Notes: generated by a model not told the origin, from the sequence alone. A stretch of DNA of 64,000 nt from Thermodesulfobacteriota bacterium (GCA_049322355.1 JBMORG010000001.1:114337-178336); one strand, 5' to 3'; shown: positions 40,806 through 50,000, counted from the first letter of the stretch. A program made the numbers and translations.

Positions 40806-42590
40806 TTAGAACAGACCGGTCACGGTGCCTTTCTTGACATCCACGTCGACGCGGCGGAAGGCCGGGTCGGAACCAGTGCCGGGCATCAGAGAAATAGCGC
40901 CGCACACCGGGCAGATGAACTTGGCGCCGCCGTACACCAGGAAGTCCCGGACGGGGAGCCGCCAGCCCTTGGGGGTGCCTTTCTTGGTGGGATCGGCGGT
41001 CAGGGACAGGTGCGTCTTCACCATCATGGTGGCGTATTCGTTGTACTTGGGATCCGCCTCGAACTTCTTGGCTTTGGCCACGGCTTCGGGGGCGAAGTCC
41101 ACGCCGTCCGCGCCGTAAACTTCCTTGGCGATGAGTTCAACGCGCTGCCGCAGCGGCATCTCGTTGGGATAGAGGAACTTGAATTGCGGCTTGTCTTTGC
41201 AGGCATCCATGACTGCGTCGGCGAATTCCAGGGCGCCTTCACCGCCATACTGCCAGTGCCGGGACACGGCCACCCGGGCGCCTTCCGCTTCGCAGGCCCG
41301 GCGAATCACCGCGTGCTCTTCGTCGGAATCGAAATGGAAGGAGTTGATGCACACCACCGGGTTGATGCCGGCTTTCTTGATGGTGCGGACATGGTGCACC
41401 GCGTTCTCCACGCCCTCTTCCAGCCATTTCATGGTTTCTTTGGAGGCCGAGAAGTATTCTTTGGGGACCGGCTTGCCCGGAGGACACGGCAGAGCGCCCG
41501 CATTGACCCCGTGGTGCTTCAGGCCGCGCACGGTGGCGGTGAGGACCGAGACATTGGGGATGAGGCCGCTGAACCGGCATTTGACGTTCCAGAACTTCTC
41601 AAAGCCGATGTCGGCGCCGAAGCCGGACTCAGTGATGTGGTAATCGAACAGCTTCAGGCCGATCTGGTCGGCGACGATGGAGCTTTGTCCCACCGCGATG
41701 TTGGCGAAGGGGCCGGCGTGCACGAAGCAGGGCTGCTTCTCCACGGTCTGCATCAGGGTGGGGTTGATGGAGGGCAGCATCCAGGCGGTCATGGCATTGC
41801 CAACTTCCAGGTCGCCGGTGGTGATGGGGTTGCCCTTCTTGTCGTAGCACACCACCATGTTGTTCAGCCGGGTGCGCAAGTCTTCCAGGGAGGTGAATAC
41901 TGACAGAATGGCCATGACTTCCGAGGACACCGCGATGCCGAAGGAGGACTTCATCATGAAGCCGTCCATCTTGCCGCCCATGCCGATGATGATGTGGCGC
42001 AGGGCCTGGGCGCAGTAGTCCATGATCCAGCCCATTTCAAAGTTTTTAGGGTCGATATTCAGGCGCTTCAGATTCCGCTTGGCCAGCTGGGCGTCGTCAT
42101 AGTTGAACTCGTGCTGCAGCCGGGAAGTGGCGGCCACCATGGCCAGGTTGTGGGCGTTCATAATGTTGTTGATGTCGCCGGTCAGCCCCAGGGAGAACTC
42201 GGTCATGGGGATAAGCAGCGAAATGCCGCCGCCGGCCGCAGTACCCTTGACGTTCATGGTGGGGCCGCCGGAAGGCTGACGGATGCAGCCGCCCACATTC
42301 ACGCCCCGTTTGCCCAGGCCCTCGATGAGGCCCATGGAGGTGGTGGATTTGCCTTCCCCCAGGGGAGTGGGGGTGATGGCGGTTACTTCGATGTAGTAGC
42401 CGTCGGGTTTGCTTTTCAGGCGCTCCAGACACTTCATGTAGTCAACGCGGCCGATCTTTTGACCATGGGGGATGCGCTCATCTTTGGGGATTTCCAACTT
42501 ATCGCACATCTCGTCAAACGGGATCATCTCCGCTTCGGCGATTTCGGCAATCTGCCAGTCTTTCTGTTGTACCGGATCATACTTCGCCAT
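40806..42590 (-). CDS. fhs: formate--tetrahydrofolate ligase (long form)
   Basis: The ATG at comp. 42588-42590 is 8 nt after [26 protein letters not shown] (P-loop), [22 protein letters not shown]-terminal ...GTVTGLF. At about 594 aa it is longer than the ~560 aa forms I remember. Confidence 0.9.
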   Translation of the reverse strand: MAKYDPVQQKDWQIAEIAEAEMIPFDEMCDKLEIPKDERIPHGQKIGRVDYMKCLERLKSKPDGYYIEVTAITPTPLGEGKSTTSMGLIEGLGKRGVNVGGCIRQPSGGPTMNVKGTAAGGGISLLIPMTEFSLGLTGDINNIMNAHNLAMVAATSRLQHEFNYDDAQLAKRNLKRLNIDPKNFEMGWIMDYCAQALRHIIIGMGGKMDGFMMKSSFGIAVSSEVMAILSVFTSLEDLRTRLNNMVVCYDKKGNPITTGDLEVGNAMTAWMLPSINPTLMQTVEKQPCFVHAGPFANIAVGQSSIVADQIGLKLFDYHITESGFGADIGFEKFWNVKCRFSGLIPNVSVLTATVRGLKHHGVNAGALPCPPGKPVPKEYFSASKETMKWLEEGVENAVHHVRTIKKAGINPVVCINSFHFDSDEEHAVIRRACEAEGARVAVSRHWQYGGEGALEFADAVMDACKDKPQFKFLYPNEMPLRQRVELIAKEVYGADGVDFAPEAVAKAKKFEADPKYNEYATMMVKTHLSLTADPTKKGTPKGWRLPVRDFLVYGGAKFICPVCGAISLMPGTGSDPAFRRVDVDVKKGTVTGLF

Positions 42591-42736
42591 AAACACTGCC
42601 TCCTTAAGGTATGGTAATTATTGACTATTTTAAAAGCCATCCCCCCGGCGGCCCGGGTGATGCAAAGCATACTCTAGCCCTCCATCCCCGCTCAGGGGAC
42701 AGACCAGAGCTCATACTTTTTTTCACATAGTCCCCC

Positions 42737-42765
42737 ATATAAACGACCTCAAGTGCATTTGTCAA
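42737..42765 (-). promoter_or_regulatory. sigma70-like promoter candidate for fhs (divergent from metVF)
   Basis: Minus strand: TTGACA (comp. 42760-42765), a 17-nt spacer, then TTATAT (comp. 42737-42742). Confidence 0.4.
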
Positions 42766-42818
42766 TAAAATTTTAACTCTCCAAATCAGATAGCTAAAAA
42801 TTCTTCAGATTTTTATAT

Positions 42819-42848
42819 TTGACAACAGCCCCGGTTTCGCCATAGAAT
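42819..42848 (+). promoter_or_regulatory. sigma70-like promoter candidate for metVF
   Basis: TTGACA (42819-42824), an 18-nt spacer, then TAGAAT (42843-42848). It would give a ~170-nt leader. Confidence 0.5.
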
Positions 42849-43025
42849 TAAGTGAATAGTAGTACAAGGCTTGCCTGCTGGTCTTCCAGATGAGATTGAG
42901 ATAAGCCGGTCTGCAATCCGGTTTGGTCCCAGCCCCCGGGGTCAATTACGGGGGCCTGATTAGCACAAAGTTGAGAAATAAACAAATTTTTTTTTGCTCG
43001 GGAATAATGGAATAGGAGGAACGCT

Positions 43026-43697
43026 ATGGTTATAGCGGAATCGAAACCCCTGGCGGAAATCCTGGATATGGTCAAGGATTTCAAAAAGATCGTGGTGGCC
43101 GGCTGCAAAGGCTGCGTGACCGTATGTTGTGCGGGAGGCGAAAAAGAGGTGGCCATCCTGGCCTCCGAACTCCGCATCGCCCGCAAAGCCGCCGGGAATG
43201 ACTTGGAAGTAAAGGAATACACCTGTGAACGGCAGTGCGATCCCGAATATATCGAACCGCTGGACGACCTGGTGGACGGTGTCGATGCCGTAGTCTCCAT
43301 CGCCTGCAGCGTCGGACCCCAGTATGTCGCAGCCCGTTATCCCTATCTCCGGGTTTATCCGGGCCTCAATACCACCAGCATCGGCGGGGCTACGGAGCAC
43401 GGGGTCTGGAAAGAGTTCTGCCAGGCCTGCGGCAGCTGTATCATCGGCAATTTTGGCGGGCTGTGCCCCATTGCCCGCTGCGCCAAGCAACTTCTGAACG
43501 GGCCCTGCGGCGGCTCTTCCCAGGGCATCTGCGAAGTGGGCAAGGGCTCCATCCCCTGCATCTGGCAGCTGATTTACGATCGCCTGAAAAATCTCGGGGA
43601 GCTCCACAAGCTCACCGAGGTGCAGCTCTACAAAAATTGGTCTACCAGCCGGGACGGCGGGTTACGCACTACGATACGGGAGGAATTGAAACAATGA
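43026..43697 (+). CDS. metV: methylenetetrahydrofolate reductase C-terminal-domain (Cys-rich) subunit
   Basis: 223 aa. Multiple Cys clusters (CKGCVTVCC, CQACGSC) and the hallmark CPIARCAKQLLNGPCGG. AGGAGG RBS. Its stop overlaps the metF start (ATGA). Confidence 0.8.
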   Translation: MVIAESKPLAEILDMVKDFKKIVVAGCKGCVTVCCAGGEKEVAILASELRIARKAAGNDLEVKEYTCERQCDPEYIEPLDDLVDGVDAVVSIACSVGPQYVAARYPYLRVYPGLNTTSIGGATEHGVWKEFCQACGSCIIGNFGGLCPIARCAKQLLNGPCGGSSQGICEVGKGSIPCIWQLIYDRLKNLGELHKLTEVQLYKNWSTSRDGGLRTTIREELKQ

Positions 43698-44638
43698 CCG
43701 CCGAATACTCCGCGGGAAGCAAACTGGAAAAAATCTTCAAGAGCGGCCAGAAGGCTGTCACCGGCGAATGCGGTCCTCCCCGGGGCTGTGATGCCGAACA
43801 TTTCAGGCATAAGGCGTCTTTCTTAAAACCCGTCGTGGACGCAGTCAACGTCACCGACAACCAAACCGCGGTGGTGCGTTTCTGCTCCATGGCCGCGTCC
43901 AAGATCCTCCTGGAAATGGGCGTGGAGCCGGTGATGCAGATGGTAACCCGGGATATGAACCGCATCGGGCTCCAGAGCAACATGTTGGGCGCCGCGGCTT
44001 TGGGCATCAAGAACCTCTTGTGCCTCACCGGCGACCACCAGTCCTTTGGCGACCATCCCCAGGCCAAGAACGTGCACGACCTTGATTCCGTCATGTTGGC
44101 CCACACCTTAAAGACCATGCGGGATGAGGGCAAGATGATCAGCGGCACCGAACTCCAGGGCCGGCCCCGGATGTTCATCGGCGCCGCGGCCAACCCCTTC
44201 GCCGACCCCCAGGAATTCCGGGTGGTGCGCATGGGCAAGAAGATCGCCGCGGGCGTCCAGTTCATCCAGACCCAGTGCATCTATAACATGGAGCGCTTCC
44301 GGAAGTTCATGGAAATGGCCAATGATATGGGCCTTACTGAGAAATGCTACATCATGGCCGGCATCACCCCGCTGAAATCCGTGGGTATGGCCAACTACAT
44401 GAAGAAATTCGTCCCCGGCCTGGATGTGCCCGATTCTTACATCACTCGCCTGAAAGGCGTGCCCAAGGACAAGGTGGCCGCGGAAGGCATCAAGATCGCG
44501 GTGGAACAGATTCAGGAATGCCTGGAAATGAAGGGCATCTCCGGCATCCACCTCATGGCCATCGAATGGGAGGAACGGGCCCCGGAGATCATCGAAGCCG
44601 CCGGCCTCCTGCCCCGGCCCAAGGTGGAAGCGGACTAA
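43694..44638 (+). CDS. metF: methylenetetrahydrofolate reductase, acetogen-type small MetF
   Basis: Trimmed to the ATG at 43694 (MTAEYSAGSKLEKIF...). VNVTDNQTAVVR, LCLTGDH, VQFIQTQCIYN. The tracked upstream extension from 43235 is out of frame with, and overlaps, metV. Confidence 0.85.
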   Translation: MTAEYSAGSKLEKIFKSGQKAVTGECGPPRGCDAEHFRHKASFLKPVVDAVNVTDNQTAVVRFCSMAASKILLEMGVEPVMQMVTRDMNRIGLQSNMLGAAALGIKNLLCLTGDHQSFGDHPQAKNVHDLDSVMLAHTLKTMRDEGKMISGTELQGRPRMFIGAAANPFADPQEFRVVRMGKKIAAGVQFIQTQCIYNMERFRKFMEMANDMGLTEKCYIMAGITPLKSVGMANYMKKFVPGLDVPDSYITRLKGVPKDKVAAEGIKIAVEQIQECLEMKGISGIHLMAIEWEERAPEIIEAAGLLPRPKVEAD

Positions 44639-44686
44639 ACGCAATAAAACTTTGGTGGGGCGGGCCTCCATGCCGCCACCTCTTTC

Positions 44687-44718
44687 AAAGCCCGGTCCGG
44701 GAGGATCGGGCTTTTTTT
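44687..44718 (+). terminator. rho-independent terminator after metF
   Basis: Stem agcccggtcc/ggatcgggct, loop ggga, then a T7 run. Confidence 0.85.
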
Positions 44719-44800
44719 GCGATGAGGTTGACCAAGGTATCCGAATAAAATATAATGACCATAGTAATTTGACCATAATCAATTCTATAAGGAAAGCACC

Positions 44801-45025
44801 ATGGACTCTTTATCGGTGTCAAAATTTAAAGCTACCTGCCTGGCGGTGGTGGAAGAAGTGGCAAGATCCAAAAAGCCGGTGATCATTACCAAGCGGGGCA
44901 AGCCCGTCGCCGAGTTGATCCCTTATGAAGCGGAAACCGAGCCCGTGCCCTTGAAAGATACGGTGGCGTTCATGGGTGATATCATCTCTCCGGTGGCCCC
45001 GGAGGATTGGGAAGCACTCCAATGA
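44801..45025 (+). CDS. type II antitoxin, Phd/YefM family
   Basis: 74 aa. SVSKFKATCLAVVEEVARSKKPVIITKRGKPVAELIPY is the typical Phd/YefM N-terminus. Its stop overlaps the toxin start (ATGA). Confidence 0.85.
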   Translation: MDSLSVSKFKATCLAVVEEVARSKKPVIITKRGKPVAELIPYEAETEPVPLKDTVAFMGDIISPVAPEDWEALQ

Positions 45026-45411
45026 GGCCGGTTCTCCTGGATACTCATGTCTGGATTTGGCTTAGCATCGGCAATCTGCACGCCCTTTCCGCCCAGGCCC
45101 AACTGTCTTTAACTGGCGGAACCCGCTGGATTTCGGCCATCTCCTGCTGGGAACTGGCCAAGCTGGTGGAGCGGCACCGCATCGGTTTCACCATTCCCAC
45201 CTTGGACTGGATGCGCCGTTCCTTGAGCGAAAATCGTATCCGCATCGCGGAGTTGACCCCGGAAATCGCAGTGGAGAGCACCAGTCTCCAAGGGTTTCAC
45301 CGGGACCCGGCGGACCAGATCATTGTTGCCACCTCCCGGCTGTTGGGGATACCTTTGGTGACTGCGGATCAGAGAATTATCCAGTTCGGCGACGTGGAGA
45401 CCATCCACTAG
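45022..45411 (+). CDS. vapC: type II toxin, PIN-domain VapC family
   Basis: MRPVLLDTHVWIWL..., ISCWELAKL, HRDPADQIIVATS..PLVTADQRI carry the PIN acidic residues. Confidence 0.85.
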   Translation: MRPVLLDTHVWIWLSIGNLHALSAQAQLSLTGGTRWISAISCWELAKLVERHRIGFTIPTLDWMRRSLSENRIRIAELTPEIAVESTSLQGFHRDPADQIIVATSRLLGIPLVTADQRIIQFGDVETIH

Positions 45412-45476
45412 CGGGGCGGGCTTGGCCTCCCCGCTGCATTCGTAGGGGAAAGAGCCTCCTGCCCCGCCACTGTTCA

Positions 45477-45507
45477 AAAGCCTGGTTCGGTAGGATCAGG
45501 CTTTTTT
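45477..45507 (+). terminator. rho-independent terminator after vapC (paralogous to 44687-44718)
   Basis: Stem agcctggttc/ggatcaggct, loop ggta, then T6. It differs from the metF terminator by a compensatory C-G to T-A pair. Confidence 0.85.
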
Positions 45508-45627
45508 ATTGGGACGATTTGTTGTAGAGTGGAAACACTGAAGGTCACCAAGACCTCGGGCTGCGGCCACGAAGGCCGGCTAAATCATAAAAACTCAAAC
45601 CAATTTTCATTTTGGGAGAATTTCATA

Positions 45628-47520
45628 ATGAATATGAAGACCCCCAAGCAATCCTCTCCGGCCCATTCCATCCACCCCGACACCCTGGCTATAATTGATA
45701 AAGCCCGAACCGAAGGCCTGGAAATTATCTGGGACCGGGCCGCAGCCCAGGAGCCCCAGTGCGGTTTCTGTGAGTTGGGGCTCTCCTGCCGCATCTGTGT
45801 CATGGGCCCCTGCCGCATCGATCCCTTCGGCGACGGCCCCCAGCGGGGCATCTGCGGCGCCGACGCCCACATTATGGTGGCCCGGAACCTGGGGCGCATG
45901 GTGGCCGCAGGCGCGGCCTCCCACTCCGATCACGGCCGGGACCTGGTGGAGACGCTTTTAGCCGTGGGTGAAGGCAGGGCGCCGGGATTTGGCATTGCGG
46001 ATCCCGCCAAGCTGGACCTTCTGGCCGCGGAGTTTGGGGTGCCGGCAGAGCTTCCCACCCTGGCCAAGGCCAAGGAACTGGCCCTGGCCATGATGGAAGA
46101 ATACGGCATCAAGAAGGGTTATCTCACCTTCACCCGGCGGCTGCCCGCAGTGCGCCTGGAGAAATGGCGGGCCCTGGGGATCGAGCCCCGGGGGGTGGAC
46201 TGGGAAGTCACCGAAATGATGCACCGCACCCACATGGGGGTGGACAACGACGCGGTCAACCTCCTGGTCCAGGCCCTGCGGGTGGCCCTGGCGGACGGCT
46301 GGGGCGGCTCCATGATTGCCACCGAGATCTCCGACGTCCTGTTCGGCACTCCCAAACCTACGGCCTCCCAGGTAAATCTGGCGGTGCTCAAAGAGGACCA
46401 GGTGAATATCATCCTCCACGGCCACTCCCCCCTGGTCTCCGAAATGGTGGCCCGGGCGGCCCAGGACCCGAACCTCTTGGCCCGGGCCCAGGAACTGGGG
46501 GCCGGCGGCATCAACCTGGCGGGCCTGTGTTGTACCGGCAACGAGGTCCTCATGCGCCGGGGCATTCCCATGGCCGGCAACCATTTGGTGCAGGAGTTGG
46601 CCCTGATTACCGGCGCGGTGGAGGCCATGGTGGTGGATTACCAGTGCATCTTGCCATCGCTTGGCGATCTGGCTGCCTGCTACCACACCAAATTTTACAC
46701 TACCGCGGCCAAGGCCAAATTCCCCGGGGCTACGCACCTGCCGTTCTCTCCGGAAAACGGCGAGGCCCTGGGCCGGGAGCTGGTGGTCCAGGCGGTGGAG
46801 AATTTCGCCCGGCGCCGGCCGGAGCGGGTGCTCATCCCCGGCGCCCCTGTGTCCCAGGTGAGCGGCTTTTCCGTGGAGATTATTAAGGCAGCCCTGGGCG
46901 GCACCTGGGACCCCCTGCTGGATGCCATCAAGGCCGGGCAAATCCGGGGCGCGGTGGGTGTGGTGGGCTGCAACAACCCCAAGGTGCAGCATGACTACGG
47001 TCACACCACCCTGACCCGGAAGCTTATTGAGAACGACATCCTGGTGGTGGACACCGGCTGCGCTGCCGTGGCCCACGCCAAGGCGGGCTTCAAACAGGCG
47101 GAGGCCGCAAGCCTGGCAGGCCCGGGCTTAAAGGCCGTATGCCAGGCCCTGGGGATTCCGCCGGTCCTGCACATGGGGTCGTGTGTGGACAATACCCGTA
47201 TCATCAACCTGGCCGCGGCCCTGGCCCAGGCCCTGGGAGTGGACCTGGATCAACTGCCCCTGGCCGCAGCAGCCCCGGAGTGGTACTCGGAGAAAGCCGC
47301 CACCATCGCCTGCTATGCCGTGGCCAGCGGCGTCTATACGGTCCTGGGGGTGGTGCCCCCGGTCCTGGGGTCCAGCGCGGTCACCGATCTGCTCCTCAAC
47401 GGCCTGGAAGCGCATGTAGGGGCTACCTTTGCAGTGGAGACCGACCCCGCCAAGGCCGCGGACCTAATCATCGCACATGTGGAGGGTAAGCGTAGGGCGT
47501 TGGGTCTGGAGGCGCGGTAA
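45628..47520 (+). CDS. cooS: anaerobic Ni-Fe carbon monoxide dehydrogenase catalytic subunit
   Basis: Start trimmed to the ATG at 45628 (GGGAGAA RBS). CGFCELGLSCRICVMGPCRI (B/D-cluster Cys), HSDHGR, HGHSP, GLCCTGNE, GSCVDN (C-cluster ligand contexts). Confidence 0.9.
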   Translation: MNMKTPKQSSPAHSIHPDTLAIIDKARTEGLEIIWDRAAAQEPQCGFCELGLSCRICVMGPCRIDPFGDGPQRGICGADAHIMVARNLGRMVAAGAASHSDHGRDLVETLLAVGEGRAPGFGIADPAKLDLLAAEFGVPAELPTLAKAKELALAMMEEYGIKKGYLTFTRRLPAVRLEKWRALGIEPRGVDWEVTEMMHRTHMGVDNDAVNLLVQALRVALADGWGGSMIATEISDVLFGTPKPTASQVNLAVLKEDQVNIILHGHSPLVSEMVARAAQDPNLLARAQELGAGGINLAGLCCTGNEVLMRRGIPMAGNHLVQELALITGAVEAMVVDYQCILPSLGDLAACYHTKFYTTAAKAKFPGATHLPFSPENGEALGRELVVQAVENFARRRPERVLIPGAPVSQVSGFSVEIIKAALGGTWDPLLDAIKAGQIRGAVGVVGCNNPKVQHDYGHTTLTRKLIENDILVVDTGCAAVAHAKAGFKQAEAASLAGPGLKAVCQALGIPPVLHMGSCVDNTRIINLAAALAQALGVDLDQLPLAAAAPEWYSEKAATIACYAVASGVYTVLGVVPPVLGSSAVTDLLLNGLEAHVGATFAVETDPAKAADLIIAHVEGKRRALGLEAR

Positions 47521-47585
47521 GGTTTAAAATTGCAGGGTGTGCAATCCACACCCTGCAATTGTAGCACTTGACAGAGGACAAAGAG

Positions 47586-48320
47586 ATGGAAGACGAGATC
47601 AAAGTTCGTTTTGAGGAACTGGACAAACGCCTGGCCAGCGCGGAAAAACGCTTTGACGACATTAAATGGTATTTCGGCGGGGTGACCGGCGTATTCATGA
47701 TCGTCTTCAGTTTGTTGACCATCATATTGAGCTGGAACTACAAAGGGGAAAGAGATTCCCTCAGGGAATTCCAAAAGGATATCAAAACCGAATTGGGCAA
47801 GGTTGAATCCCCCCCTGAAATCGAATTACTTGGCACAAATGGCTCAGCTCTGGCTAACCAGGAAATGGAGGTTACTTTTGGGAGGGAATTGTCGGTTCGT
47901 TCTAGTTGGGATCCGGAGGGAAAAGAACAAAAAGGTAACATTATTATTTTTATAAATTTTTTTCTTAGAAATGCTGGAAACGCTTCAAGTGGACCATTAA
48001 ACTTAAAATTATATACCAATGAACCAATAAAATTTAAAGATCCCACAAAAAGTACAGATGAACCAAAATTCCAATATGAAACATATTTACTCCCTCAATA
48101 CTTTGTCCCGAACGAATTGCCTGGTCGGTATTCATGTGATTTGAGATATGGCTGGACAATGGATACTGCTACTATTCCACCAAATGGCAAGTATCCCGCC
48201 TTGATTAAAGTTTTTTATGGAAAAGGGAAAATCGCCCAGGCGCATTTTACGATCGTTATTACTGAAAAGCAGCGCATGGCGCCCCCGGAGCTCCGCATTG
48301 GGCCCCCGGAGCTCCGCTGA
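47586..48320 (+). CDS. hypothetical single-pass membrane protein
   Basis: Cytoplasmic coiled-coil N-terminus, a TM helix (YFGGVTGVFMIVFSLLTIILSW), then a ~190 aa beta-rich ectodomain. Strongly AT-rich (15/60 GC at 47941-48000). The C-terminus PPELRIGPPELR is encoded by a 16-nt direct repeat. The TTG at 47568 is an alternative start. Confidence 0.55.
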   Translation: MEDEIKVRFEELDKRLASAEKRFDDIKWYFGGVTGVFMIVFSLLTIILSWNYKGERDSLREFQKDIKTELGKVESPPEIELLGTNGSALANQEMEVTFGRELSVRSSWDPEGKEQKGNIIIFINFFLRNAGNASSGPLNLKLYTNEPIKFKDPTKSTDEPKFQYETYLLPQYFVPNELPGRYSCDLRYGWTMDTATIPPNGKYPALIKVFYGKGKIAQAHFTIVITEKQRMAPPELRIGPPELR

Positions 48321-48335
48321 GGCGGGGAAATTCAT

Positions 48336-48569
48336 ATGACCAATGGCATCGATAAATTGGGCCCCAAAGATTTTATCACGGGATGCCTGGTTGTAATTGT
48401 CGCCTTATTCGTGGTGCCCATACTGGTACTGCTGTTTAAGGTAAGTATTTATCTGGCCGTAGTCATTGCGGTGATTTTGGCCGTCCTGTTAGGCATAGCC
48501 TTATTGGGGAGGGTGATAAGATTAATCTTTTTCAGAAGCCGGTCGGATGATCGGAGCGTAAACAATTGA
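48336..48569 (+). CDS. hypothetical small two-TM membrane protein
   Basis: 77 aa. Two hydrophobic helices (ITGCLVVIVALFVVPILVLLF; IYLAVVIAVILAVLLGIALLG). Starts 15 nt after the preceding gene. Confidence 0.45.
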   Translation: MTNGIDKLGPKDFITGCLVVIVALFVVPILVLLFKVSIYLAVVIAVILAVLLGIALLGRVIRLIFFRSRSDDRSVNN

Positions 48570-48729
48570 CTCTGGTTTTTCTTAGAAAATTTAGAAGCCA
48601 GCGGTAACCGTCAAGTCCTGAATTGACGCTGCGATGCTGGCTGTGGCCCCACGAAAGTCATTGACAAAAAGCGGCGAAAAAAGATAGTAATAATAAAATT
48701 GGGTCCTAATCTATCCTAGGAGGAAGAGA

Positions 48730-49053
48730 ATGGCTGAACCTCTTCAGGTAAGCGACGCAGAATTCGAACAAGAAATCCTGAAATCCGATATTCCGGCTTT
48801 GGTGGATTTTTGGGCGGCCTGGTGCGGCCCCTGCCGGGCCATTGCCCCGGTGGTGGAAGAACTGGCCCGGGACTACCAGGGCAAGGTGAAAGTGGCCAAG
48901 ATGAACGTGGATGAAAATGCCAAAACTCCAGCGAAATACGGCATCAGGGCCATCCCGACCCTGATCATCTTCAAAGGGGGGCAGGTGGTGGAACAGATTA
49001 CCGGCGCCGTCTCCCGTTCCATCATCGAGAACGCCTTGAAAAAAGCCCTCTAA
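48730..49053 (+). CDS. trxA: thioredoxin
   Basis: 107 aa. DFWAAWCGPCRAIAP. AGGAGG RBS. Confidence 0.94.
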   Translation: MAEPLQVSDAEFEQEILKSDIPALVDFWAAWCGPCRAIAPVVEELARDYQGKVKVAKMNVDENAKTPAKYGIRAIPTLIIFKGGQVVEQITGAVSRSIIENALKKAL

Positions 49054-49067
49054 GCTATTGGTCTGAT

Positions 49068-49997
49068 ATGTCTTTGTGGGATTATGATTTAATCATTATT
49101 GGCGGCGGCCCTGCCGGCCTTACGGCAGGCATTTACGCCGGCCGGGCCCGTCTCAAAGCCCTGCTTCTGGAAAAACTCATCCACGGTGGGCAGATGATGA
49201 CCACCGATCTTATTGAGAACTACCCGGGATTCCCAGAGGGGATCACGGGCTTCGATCTCAGCGACCGGATGCGGAAGCAGGCTGAACGTTTCGGCCTGGA
49301 ATTTCGCAGCCAAGAAGTAATGGAATTGAAACCCGGGAAACCGCACACGTTGGTCCTGGAAGACGGCCAACTCACCGCGGGCGCGGTAATCATCGCCACC
49401 GGGGCCCATTATCGGCGTTTGGGGGTCCCGGGGGAAGACCGGCTCGTGGGCCGGGGGGTAAGCTTCTGCGCCACCTGTGACGGCGCCCTCTTTAAAGACC
49501 AGGAAATCGCCATGGTGGGGGGCGGAGACAACGCCCTGACGGAAACCCTATTCCTGGAACGTTTTGCCAAAAAGATCCACCTGATCCATCGCCGGAACCA
49601 ATTCCGGGCCGCCAAATATCTCCAGGAGCGGGTCTTCCAGTTGGACAAAGTGGAAATTCATTGGGACAGCGAGGTCCAGGAGTTCCTGGGTCGGCAGGAC
49701 CTGGAAGCCGTCAAACTATTGAATGTCAAAACCATGGAAACCACGGTGCTTCCGCTGACCGGGGTCTTTGTCGCCATCGGCATGCTTCCCAACACAGGTT
49801 GGCTCAAGGATCTCCTACCCCTGGATGAATGGGGGTTCATTTTTACTGACGCGATTATGGCCACCGAGTATCCGGGCATCTTTGCCGCCGGGGATGTGCG
49901 GTCCAAACTCTGGCGGCAGGTCAGCACTGCCGTGGGAGACGGGTCAGTGGCAGCCATAGCCGCGGAAGAATACCTGGAACGGCTGAAGGGAGGGTAA
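49068..49997 (+). CDS. trxB: thioredoxin-disulfide reductase
   Basis: IIIGGGPAGLTAG, redox-active CATCDG, GGGDNALTE, AAGDVR. Confidence 0.93.
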   Translation: MSLWDYDLIIIGGGPAGLTAGIYAGRARLKALLLEKLIHGGQMMTTDLIENYPGFPEGITGFDLSDRMRKQAERFGLEFRSQEVMELKPGKPHTLVLEDGQLTAGAVIIATGAHYRRLGVPGEDRLVGRGVSFCATCDGALFKDQEIAMVGGGDNALTETLFLERFAKKIHLIHRRNQFRAAKYLQERVFQLDKVEIHWDSEVQEFLGRQDLEAVKLLNVKTMETTVLPLTGVFVAIGMLPNTGWLKDLLPLDEWGFIFTDAIMATEYPGIFAAGDVRSKLWRQVSTAVGDGSVAAIAAEEYLERLKGG

Positions 49998-50000
49998 CCA

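Noticed and set aside
42591-43025. ZTP (pfl), THF or SAM/SAH riboswitch in the fhs and metVF leaders, since these gene classes are typical riboswitch targets.
   Set aside because: Reading both leaders, I could not find the conserved cores I remember (ZTP: ACUGGCG...CCGCCUGGGC; S-box or THF cores). Only generic hairpins are present, so it needs an Infernal scan.
45628-47520. Bifunctional CODH/ACS operon.
   Set aside because: No acsB/C/D/E or cooC/cooF-like ORFs flank cooS in this window. It is followed by unrelated AT-rich membrane genes, so only a stand-alone cooS can be supported here.
48280-48316. The 16-nt direct repeat at the end of ORF 47586..48320, considered as a variable-number tandem repeat or phase switch.
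   Set aside because: There are only two copies. Each is itself a 10-bp palindrome like the other hairpin words, so it is more likely a hairpin element captured by the ORF end. It is noted inside the finding on that locus instead.
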